The notes beneath the pieces are model-generated. The model had not been told where the DNA came from, searched no databases, and saw only the letters and a list, made by a program, of their open reading frames with translations. From NCBI GenBank assembly GCA_000002435.2, contig CM018792.1: a DNA stretch of 64,000 bases, one strand, 5' to 3'. This document shows, piece by piece, positions 21,401 to 31,274 of this stretch (position 1 is its first letter; each line of letters opens with the position of its first letter). Made by a program: the position numbers and the translations under genes. This DNA comes from Giardia intestinalis. Lineage: Eukaryota.

Positions 21401-24400
21401 GTGTGGCATCCGAACAGGCCCGACAGTTATGACTGCTTCTGAGAACAGCCAGCATGACTGGATGAGGACATAAGAACTTACGGAGACCCTCACAGTCTTG
21501 ATGTCTGGGAGAACGCGGGGGCTGATCACTCTGAAATTGTCCATCTCATGAGCTGGTTTCCGATAGCAGGCATAACAAGGAAGTGACCCCTAATTATACA
21601 CAATCTCATGCCAGCCCATCGCAGCCTAGAGCATCCTTGTCTGGCCTGCCAGTCCATCCATGACGTCAGTAGATGTGTCAGCATTCCATATCATCGGCCA
21701 CTTTGCTGCTGCACAGTCAGAGTACTGCCCGTGGCATTGCTTGCTGATGCTCTGCATAGGGCCCTGTTCCCGTGGCAGTGACAGGTGAGCCTCTCTGCAG
21801 ATGCAGATCTAATGATATGGTTCCTCTTGGACCTTCCACCTCTGCTTCTGTCTAGTATCTCACACAATATGAAGTGGCCAGTGGCTGTTATTGGATCCTT
21901 CAACATAGTTATTACACATGTATGTGCCCATCAAGACTACCATATAGGGTCACACAAGCCGAGAGCTCTGTCAGGCAGTTATTGGACTCGATGTCAAGAT
22001 GGCAGGAGGACAACACTCCCAGTGGTTGCTGAAGTATGAAGCGTTATATAGATCGTATAGCACACCAGCGGCAGTACGACGGTGGAGGGCATGCCTGGAG
22101 GTAGGTGGCACCTACAGCAAGCTGTATACTATCGTTGTCAGTACAATGGGCATAGTGGATACTGGACCCACGCTTTGGTAGCCTCGATTAGAGCAATTGC
22201 ACAGCGAAGGAGCAGGGCGTAGGGGCATGGAAACCAACCGGTCGAGCAACGTGTACATGTACGGGCACGGTTATAAGTCTCGCCCACACTAGTGGGTGGT
22301 GCTCTGCCTCGATGTGGACTCAGCGGGCTGGCTCTCATATCTATGACAGGGAGCAGGGCACCGTGCTGATCATGCGGTGAGAGGCCTTCATGCGGGCCTT
22401 TAACTAGCCTAGGCAGCGCTTAGAAGCGGCCAGCCCTCTCGTACCACGTCTCCTCTCCAAATAGGACTGAAGGCGCCCAAGGTGCCCTTCCAGAGTCTTG
22501 GTATCATGGAGCCCGTGCTAGGTAGGAAAGTTCTATATTACATGGCATGTGAGCTGCTAGGATGTATAAACACTTGCGTGGTTGTAGCGACACGTCCCCA
22601 CCAGCAAGTGTCAGAGTACATCGGTGGACAGGTGCATATTAAGTCAGGCACTCTGTGTGCGATCATGCATCACAGCTCTCGTAACGGGCTACGGGCGACC
22701 TGAGGACTAGTACTCTATGGCAACGCAATGTGAGGCGGTGAGCCTAAGGCAATCGCCGGATCGATGGCTTCAACGCGGCATCCAACAAGGTGCAGCAGGG
22801 CATCGAGCCAGCTGAGCATTGAACCAGGCCCTGGATAGGAGCTAAGAGCTCCTGTGCATGGCTGGGCTGCTCTCTAGATGGGAAAGGATGCACGTCGAGC
22901 TGGTCAGGTGCGATGCTGTAAGGTATCCACAGCTGTATCGATGCATCTGGTAAGTCCACACTGGACTCCGGGAAGCACGCTGCCGGACAAGCCGAGGAGG
23001 CTCGAGGGATGATGGCGCCGTCTTGTTATCGCTATGCAGTGCTCCGTGGACATGTATACAAACCAGCATCTCCTGGTAGCCGAGGAGGGGGCAGAGCTAG
23101 GAGACGGCGAGTGTCCCATTATGAACGACTCCAGGCGCTACCCGATCACTCCTTGGAAGGGCATATGCCTCGGCTAGGTTGCATCACATCCAGAGTAGAA
23201 GAGGAAGCTGTACTGTCCTATTCGTTTCTCAGGACAATGTGCGAATAGAAAGCGGCCCAGCGACTGACACTCTGCACCGTCCTCCTCATCCGCGGCCTGA
23301 GCAGCCAGATGCCAGGCTCGATATGTAGGACGGAAGCTGCGAAGAATAAACTCATCACGGGGCCGATTGTCTGACATCAAAAAATCCAAAGGGACGGTAG
23401 CGCCCACTGTCTCCTGGGAGAGCACATCATGCACAGTACCAGCCGTGCCAGCCTTGGCTTCTTAGGGGAGTAACCTGGGGACGTCCTGTACTAGCCTCGA
23501 CCTGTGAGGCGTTACGACCTGTGAATAGCACAAAAGAAGGCAACTGGATGTACAGACAGTGCATTGTGTTCGTGGAAGTATATCGCAACTTCTAGGTGTA
23601 TACAGCGGCACTAAGCCGGGCATCTCAACTGGCCTGCATTGGCGACCTGCTTGCCATCGTGTTTGCTGTGATGAGAGGCTGTGTCCGTCCAACAGATTGA
23701 ACAGGTATTGCACTTGCTTCTCTGGTGATGCATGCATGGTCATATGTAGCTCTGGTAGGTAGCGTGGATACTATGATAGCTAAGCTGTCTGCCATCAGTA
23801 GAGAATAGCAGCTGATCGCGCCAGAGACTCTTCCAGGTAAGCCTTCGGTCTTCGTGCCTGCTTCCCCACTAACTATAGTAATAACTGTATATCCAGAACA
23901 ATGCCATGAAACGCTCCACTGCCTTTCAGAGTGAGACATGGACCTGCGTATAGGGCTAGAAATAGAACTCTGTACACCAACTGTTATGCGCCTGGCGTGA
24001 TGTCAGGCTTAGACCGCGGCACGATCTCTGCGTGCCTATGTGCTCGCGTGCATGCTCACTGCTATGTTGGACAGTGCAGCAAGGAGGTTGGCCTCTGAGT
24101 GCACCCACTCTACAGTGACTAGTCCTTGGTTGCACGTCTCAACGGAGGACGGTGCTACTTGGATGTGCAAAAGACTATCTGTGCACGGTGGCTCCTGGAG
24201 AGCTGGTTCGCACAAAAAAGGTAGAGGCGACCAACAGACCAGGGAGGTAAGATCAGCGCTAGAGAGTCTAGTTATAAATCTGGATTGCAACGAGGACACT
24301 TGTAATGCCTTTCTGGCCTCCGAACGTAGAAAGACTGCAAGGCCTATAAATAGATCGGAGGCTACTTTTTGATTTTGTGCATTTGTAGCGGCGTAATATT

Positions 24401-27180
24401 TATTGGGATCCAGCCTCGTCTGAAGCTGGGGAAATTCACTTTCTCTCCATATACAGGCGAGGATCTATTGTAGAGGCATACTGTGCAGGCCGGTACCAGT
24501 CGGCGTGGTTGCTGTCCACAAATGTCTCACTTACGTTCTCCCACAACAGATGAATCGCCAAAGTGCCTCTTGGATTGCGTGATGTCCTACAGTGCATCTC
24601 TGCCTTCGACCAAAGGTTGCTACACACACTGCGTAGTTTGGATTGCTCATCATCCAGGGTGATCTGATCAGCTCTCGTCCTCTGCGTGTCTATCTTGTGT
24701 GGCCACTGCTGATGGTCTTTCCAGATCAGCGGGTGCCTCTATCGGTCCCACAGAGACACGCATCATGTAGGTGACTATTGCAGACCAGAGTCCTATCTAC
24801 CAAGGAAAAGGGTCAATCTGTTTACCGCGTAGGCATTCATTGTGTGCCCTATATAGTCCAGCAGGTCTTGTGCTCTTTAACATCTTCTCAGAGCCCTGTC
24901 TGGAGCCCGCGTGCATATCGTTACTACCAAACACTTAGCAGCTTCGACTGACCACCTAGGACGTCAAATCCCTTGCGCTGCACAGTGGGTATGCTCAGCG
25001 TGAGAGATACATAGTCAGCATCAGCCTTCTCAGCTCATCGTTTGGGTAATACTACTGTTGTTTTTCATCCAGTTAGCTGGCGCGAGGACCCAGCTCATGG
25101 CCAGCAAACCGAGAAAGGCCATTCCGGGAGGTCTTCAAGCGCGCTAGTACCTCGTTAGTGGGTAGCTAACAATGACCTTGGCGCATATCTCTGCCAAGAC
25201 ACGGCCTCTTTGAGCAGAGCATAAAAGTGGACCCTGTCATCCTGCGGCCCTGCTGATTTTTCGGACAGCAGGGATCGGAGCAGCTCAGATTAGCATTAGT
25301 CACCTCTGGGTCTCCATCTGTCTTCGTTGCCTGAGATGTGCTTGATCCTGTAGACTGAGAAGGGCGCTATACTGTACTCGTGTCTGCATGCCTCAGCCAG
25401 GCAGGGCTACCCTCTTGGAGACTACGCTGAGGTACCACACATCCCGAGGAACCTGTATGGAGTACCACAGCCCAAGGGCACCTTTGTCTGTCGAACGCAA
25501 GTTGTAGTTATGGCTTCATAAGTGCAGCCTTTCTTAAAATAACTGATCAACTACAGAATTCGTCTACTCACCCAGAGCCACCTGATGGAGGATGATATCA
25601 GTCTCGTCAGTAGTCTATAACGTACACCAGTCGAATCTCACAGATGAACAAGGGCTACCCAGCCCGCAGCACTAGACATTAGCAGATATCCTTCACGACA
25701 AGGGAGATGAGCGACTTGTAGACCACGGTAGTCGCCTGCCCATTGAAAATTTTTCAGTCACTGACCTAGGCCAGCTTATTACAAGACTCTTGGCGAGTTG
25801 TATCAAAAATGCATGCTTATGGGACTCCCAGTTCAAGGTGTATGCTGTCGTACCCTACTATTTTTCACACCAGCCTGTAGACATCGGTTCTTTTGGCCTC
25901 TAGTGGAGCCAAGGAAATCGCAGGATATGACGCCCTCAGTAGGGCTTTATCTGACTCTTATAGCTATATGACAGGAGGATGCCGGCCTTCTATGCATTAT
26001 GTAACGCGTGCTAAGCAACACCAGTACAACCCCTACAGTGTGGCATGATTCGCGAGTCAAAAGGTAGGACGCTTGGGCTGATTGGTATGTCTCCTCGGGA
26101 CCAACTACAGCTCGGACCAAAGGTCATGAGCGAATGCTATTCGATTCTCTTATCAGCAGATGGGGGTCAACTGCTCTAACACCCACAGGAGGCCACAAAA
26201 GGTACTGGACCAGGCATCCGGCCAATTGCTGGCAAATCAACACAACCTCCTTGGATCTCCATTCTTTCCTCACAGGCATCCACATGTAGGAAGCTCTGGG
26301 GGCCTAGAGCCCTACACTAACAGGCTCAAGATATTGCACTCCTAGGTGCTTCCATTAGTGGTGGTAGCGACAGCACTAGGATGATCCAGAGGGGAGGATA
26401 AGAGTCCTGATCCATCAGTTCAGGGGTGGCACAGTTTGGGCAGGGCTTCCTCCTTGTCTAAATTTGGGAGTGCTGGCCTCGCCCTCTGACCATCTGACAC
26501 CTTATCATGCGATGGGGAACCTTAATAGTATCCACTACAAAAAGGCAGAAATAGCGTCATGCATACTCAACAATCCATAGCGTCTCATAGGCTAATCTAC
26601 ACTGATTCACACTTCCACGAACCCTAGCGATCACTGTAGCCTTTTCTCGGGATCTCGCACCGGACTGTCCTTGAGTGCAGTTCCCTCACGATAGCCAGGA
26701 GTCGCAGGCATAATCCAAAGGAGTGAAGATGCCACAGAGGCGGAGAGGAGGTCATCGGCGCACGGGGGTCCGCAAGGGCCTGGCCCGCGCAGGGGAGGCA
26801 CAGGGGGCTGACTCATCAGGGACGCAGATACGCCAGGAGAGGAGCCAGCAATGAACCCACGGCACAGTGAGGGCATCCGAGCCGTCCTTTGATTGGCCTC
26901 AAAGTAGGGAGGCGGCGAGCGTGTAGAGAGGTCTCACCACCTATTTTTGGATTTTCTGTTTCCCTGCGTGTTGTGCAGGGGGCATAGGGTTCAGACCCAG
27001 AGAGCTCGCAGGGGGCTGTATGCAATAGATGTGCTTAGTATTCGATGAGCTTCTATGTCCTAAGCAGAGGTATCGTAGGAGACGAATCTCTTTGGAGTAA
27101 TTAGCACAGTACATAGTAAGTCAGGTCTTTAGTCTTAAGTATCTTATTCTTGCTCACGCGGTAAGCTGAGAAGGACCTCA

Positions 27181-29064
27181 ATGTTGTTGGTAGCTTTCTA
27201 TTTTGTGCTGAGTGCTCTCGCGGCAGCATGCAAGCAAGCACAAAATTGTGCAAATGAAAGATGTGAAATGGTTGGCGAAACAGAAATATGCACAGAATGT
27301 AAGGACCAAGGAAATGTCCCCGTTAACGGAGTATGTATGCCGAAAGATAATGACGCCGTTACAACTGCTGGTTGCAAAAAGAATGGAGGCGCTGATTTAG
27401 GAGCAGAAGACAAGGTATGTGGACAATGCGACGGGGTTCACTTCCTCTATAAGGGTGGTTGCTATAGCACCGCCGATGCGACCGGGCAGAAGTTATGCAC
27501 CGATGCCGCGGAGGGAGTGTGCTCAGCGGCCGCAGTGGGGTACTTCATTCCACCGGGGGCACAGAAGACAGACCAGTCTGTTATCTTGTGTGGTGATGTC
27601 ACTGAGATAACACTGACCAATGGCAAAAAGTATAAAGGAGTTCAGCATTGTACAGTATGCACTGCTCCTGAAGCAGCAGAGTCTACTGCTAAGCCTGCAG
27701 TGTGCACAGCTTGTGACGAAGGATTCTTTGCCGCATCTGAGGGAACATGCACAGCTTGTGCTGACAACAATAATTGCGCTAAGTGTGATGCAGGAGCAGA
27801 TAAATGTACGAAGTGCAAAGCAACCGCTGCCAATAAATATTTTAAAGATAGTGGCGATGGAACGGGCACATGTGTCAATGAACAGACCTGCAAAGAACAA
27901 AGTACCCATTTTCCAAAAGATGATCCCAATAATGGCAACAAATGCTTATCTTGTAGTGATGATAAAAGTGGTGGAATAGCAGACTGCAAAACATGCACTC
28001 CAAAGGAGAATTCCGAAGGCCCAATTCTCATTACATGCTCTGCTTGTGCAACAGATACCAACAAACCCAATGTTGCCGGGACAAAGTGCATTGCATGCAC
28101 TGTAAAAGATTGCAAGAAGTGTAATGACGATGGCACGTGTGCAGAGTGCGACAATACTAGGAAGCTCACCCCGACAAAGGAGTGCGTAGATAAGTGCGAA
28201 AAGCTTGAGGGATACTTTGACGGAGATGATGGTACTTGCAGGGCGTGCAACTCTGTCTGTAAAACGTGTAACGGTGAAGATCCATATCAGTGCACCGGCT
28301 GTCCTGCAAAGAAGGTGCTTAAATACACCGTTGAAAGCACTCCGGACAGTGGTAGCACCTGTGTAGACGAGTGCACAACAAACACAAATGGCTGTGCAGA
28401 ATGCGGCGCAACTATCGGAGAAGCTAAGTACTGCTCTAAATGCAGCGACGCCAAGCAAGCACCGCTGAATGGTAACTGCACTGCTAGTGTTAGAGCAGCC
28501 GCATCATGTACACAAATAGAAAACGGCATTTGTAAGAAATGCGCTACTAACTATTTCCTTTTCGAGGGCGGCTGCTACGAAACCACCAGGCAGCCTGGGA
28601 TGCAGATATGTAAGGATGCTGCAGGGAACGACGGCAAGTGCAAGACATGTGCCAATAACCTACCCTCCAACATCGATACCGGGGCCTGTCCTTCATGCCC
28701 AGCAGGTTGCGCCACGTGTACGGCAGCAGGGCAGACGTACACATGTCAGACTTGTCTTGCTGGATACTATCTTGATTCTACTAAAAACTTGTGCATAAAA
28801 TGTACTGAGAGTAGCGGTAATATCCAAGGCGTTACTAATTGCGTTAGCTGTAACCCGCCAGCTGGTAATAGTGGCCCTGTCACCTGCTATGTAAAGAAGG
28901 ATGGCACTAGCGATGGCGGTAACGATAACAGCACCGGTGGTAGTACAAACAAGAGCGGCCTTAGCACAGGCGCCATTGCAGGCATCTCTGTTGCTGTCAT
29001 CGTCGTTGTGGGTGGGCTCATAGGGTTCCTCTGCTGGTGGTTCATCTGTAGGGGGAAGGCGTAG
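27181..29064 (+). CDS. Variant-specific surface protein (VSP), copy A
   Basis: ATG at 27181 in the context cctcaATGTTG. It has an N-terminal signal peptide (MLLVAFYFVLSALAA). The 627-aa protein contains dozens of CXXC motifs, two GGCY motifs (YKGGCYSTAD; FEGGCYETT), a C-terminal TM segment (GAIAGISVAVIVVVGGLIGFLCWWFI), and the invariant Giardia VSP tail CRGKA followed by the stop. AGTAAAC lies 15 nt after the stop. Confidence 0.93.
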   Translation: MLLVAFYFVLSALAAACKQAQNCANERCEMVGETEICTECKDQGNVPVNGVCMPKDNDAVTTAGCKKNGGADLGAEDKVCGQCDGVHFLYKGGCYSTADATGQKLCTDAAEGVCSAAAVGYFIPPGAQKTDQSVILCGDVTEITLTNGKKYKGVQHCTVCTAPEAAESTAKPAVCTACDEGFFAASEGTCTACADNNNCAKCDAGADKCTKCKATAANKYFKDSGDGTGTCVNEQTCKEQSTHFPKDDPNNGNKCLSCSDDKSGGIADCKTCTPKENSEGPILITCSACATDTNKPNVAGTKCIACTVKDCKKCNDDGTCAECDNTRKLTPTKECVDKCEKLEGYFDGDDGTCRACNSVCKTCNGEDPYQCTGCPAKKVLKYTVESTPDSGSTCVDECTTNTNGCAECGATIGEAKYCSKCSDAKQAPLNGNCTASVRAAASCTQIENGICKKCATNYFLFEGGCYETTRQPGMQICKDAAGNDGKCKTCANNLPSNIDTGACPSCPAGCATCTAAGQTYTCQTCLAGYYLDSTKNLCIKCTESSGNIQGVTNCVSCNPPAGNSGPVTCYVKKDGTSDGGNDNSTGGSTNKSGLSTGAIAGISVAVIVVVGGLIGFLCWWFICRGKA

Positions 29065-29078
29065 ATGTGTACTTAGAT

Positions 29079-29085
29079 AGTAAAC
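29079..29085 (+). promoter_or_regulatory. Polyadenylation signal AGTAAAC for VSP copy A (mirror copy at 31802-31808 on the minus strand for copy B)
   Basis: tagatAGTAAACgcg immediately 3' of the VSP stop (29062-29064). Confidence 0.6.
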
Positions 29086-29615
29086 GCGTTACTTACGTAG
29101 CTTGTGTAGATATGCTGATAGGTCCACCTGCAGTGCGTCCAGAAGTCTCACGAGTAAACTTTCGCTTAATTCCTGGCCAATCCAGAGACGAAGCCTGATC
29201 GTAGACAGCATGCTAGGGGCTTCCCTCTACTAGTGCATCCAGGACCCGGTATATTCATCGGTCGCTTCGCAGGGATGTGCTCGGTTTGGGTATCCACGTC
29301 GGTCCTTTAGGGGTTCAGGTCTTCTCGTGGACCCTCTGCTCTATCAGTGGCGCCTCTCCTTGGTCTCTCTTCATAGCGGGTGAAGCCCGGGTCGCTGTCT
29401 TTTTTAGATGCCCCGTCTGTCGGGGGCTGCTACCGGGCTCTCCACTGGCCGCCCCTCGGTGTCCGGCTGTGGCTCGGGCAGCGCTCTACAGTCGCGGTCA
29501 CGTAGGTCCCAGTGGGCCAGCTGGTGGGGAGGCGGGGTTGCTGGGGCGGTGGGACTGGTGGGGGCTGAGGTGGGGGTGCTTGTATGTGCCTCTGGGTCCG
29601 GTGGGTCATTGGGGT

Positions 29616-31274
29616 GATCCCCGCTCTGTTTGCCAAGGTGGCTGTGTCTGATCCCCAGCCTTCGTTGCACTCCCGAGACACAGGCACCGACGATCGTGTC
29701 GTGTCCCCCTGACTGAGCGCCTCCCTTGGCCCCTTGTCTCGGGCAGTACTGCCTCTCTGTCTGGCTGGTGCGTGAGGGTTGAGGCAAGCCATCGCAGCCT
29801 CTCCTGCTACTCGCTGATGCTCTGTGCGGGTCTGCTGAGCCCCTGGTGTGCCCTGTCCGGTGCCTCGACGGTAGTTCGCCTGGGACCAGCAGGGGCATGG
29901 ATGACCCTGTGGATGGGATGGGGTTCTCTCGTGCCTCTAGTGTGATGACTCAGAAGACTGGCATGGTGGGGCACCGGGTGGCTGGAGAGTCCCCGTGGTC
30001 AGCTGTGCTGCTCCTGGTGGGTCCTCGTTGTGGAGCACTGTGTGTTGTTCATAGGCAGAGGTGAGCCTCCTTAGTCTCAAGATGCTCACAGCAGAGAGGA
30101 GCACGCTGAGGGTCACCCATACCTCACCTGCTGTGCCCTCGGGGAGTTCCCGATGTGATTCACTAGGACCTTGCCACCTCCTCGTGGCCCTGATGACCCC
30201 TCGGGGAGAGTCGGGGTGTCCTATGCCGAGGGGCGTGCACCCTCCTGCATGAGCTGGGACCCACTGCACTGCCTCCAAGGAGGTCTGCTATGAGAGGAAG
30301 TGAATGATCGACAGCCCCTCAGAGTGCAGTGGATGGTGCTCGTGGTCGTCTCTGTGATCGGGCATCACTCTGATGGTCAGTCCTGTGCCTTTGTGGTGCT
30401 CAGAGGTCACCTGTGCTCCATCGCCTGCTGGACAGCCGGGCCTCTTGTGGCGTCCGAAGGCCTCCTCACTCCTCTGGCTGCTACTCCCTCTGGTCATCAA
30501 TGAAGACAGTCGAGACCAGCGGAGTCTCGGTGAGTCGTGCCTGCCTGGGTATCATTGGGGCTGGCAGCTGTCAGGGCTCTGCCACTGCTCACCTGCCTGG
30601 AGTGTGCCTCCCTTGGGCCTGCTCTGCTGTGCTGCGTGAGTCCTCTGGCTTCCTATCATACCCTGACTGTGAGGGTGACTCCATCTGGCCTTCTGATGCC
30701 CCTGTGGATGAGCATGGCAGCTGTCTGGCTGGGGATCTCTGGTGCCCGTGTCTGTTGCTGCCTCTCGGGTGCTCGGGTGGTTGCCTGGCGCTCTCGTATG
30801 GGGGCACAGTCAGCGTGTCCCGAGCAGACTCCAGTCCTCTCTGGGTCTACACAGTCTGTTCGTGTGTGGATGGTCCTCCTGGACTCATGTCCATCTGTGT
30901 GCACTGTCACTCAGCCTCGAGAGCAGGCCAGTGCAGTCATCAAGGGTCGCTGTCAGAGGGAGTCGTCTGTCACTACATCGCTCGGGCAGCCCTGCAGATC
31001 AGGCTGGTTGCTGTGCACCCTCATCTCTCGTGGCAGGGCTGTTTGACTCCCCTTGGCTATCCTCTCTGTCCCGGGGTGCACGGCTCCTTCGGGTGGCTGA
31101 CAGGGTAGTGGCCTCCGGTGAGTCTGCACTGGGAGGCACCGAGAAGCGAGGGCAGCTAGGCTGGCACCACTCTCCGGCTCCTGGGGTGCTGTCTGGATGG
31201 AGGCACTCACAGACCACGAGTCCACAGAGGGGTGAGTCACAGATGGACAGCCCCCAGTCACCACAGCTGCGATC
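29616..31274. other. Unique, non-palindromic central spacer of the inverted repeat: A-poor (plus strand), GC-rich, low-complexity block
   Basis: There are no mirror ORFs here, and reverse-complement comparison across the symmetry centre (30443/30444) shows no identity. The plus strand is strikingly A-depleted and rich in ctg/gtg/tgg/cct, so it gives long spurious ORFs in all three plus-strand frames (231, 215 and 169 aa). The same composition continues leftwards into the inner 340 bp of the left arm (29277-29615). Confidence 0.7.

Larger units (their letters stand above)
18501..29615 (+). repeat. Left arm of a ~11.1-kb near-perfect inverted repeat (palindrome); contains VSP copy A and ~8.7 kb of ORF-poor sequence
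   Basis: Every track ORF between ~18.7 and 29.6 kb has a mirror ORF with an identical or near-identical protein on the opposite strand at coordinate 60887 minus x (for example 18737..18976(-) matches 41911..42150(+), and 27181..29064(+) matches 31823..33706(-)). I checked the outer edge by reverse-complementing: gccccgttcctacatgctgc at 18501-18520 equals the reverse complement of 42367-42386, and the sequences diverge immediately outside. The inner edge is at ~29615, where similarity to the right arm is lost after ggtccggtgg...ggggtgatc. Boundaries are good to about +/-5 bp. Confidence 0.9.

Noticed and set aside
27523-28458. 128-202-aa ORFs antisense to, or out of frame with, the VSP genes (and their mirrors at 32429-33364)
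   Set aside because: They overlap a strongly supported VSP CDS. VSP sequence is codon-biased and Cys/Thr/Ala-rich, which leaves long stop-free alternative frames. They are not independent genes.
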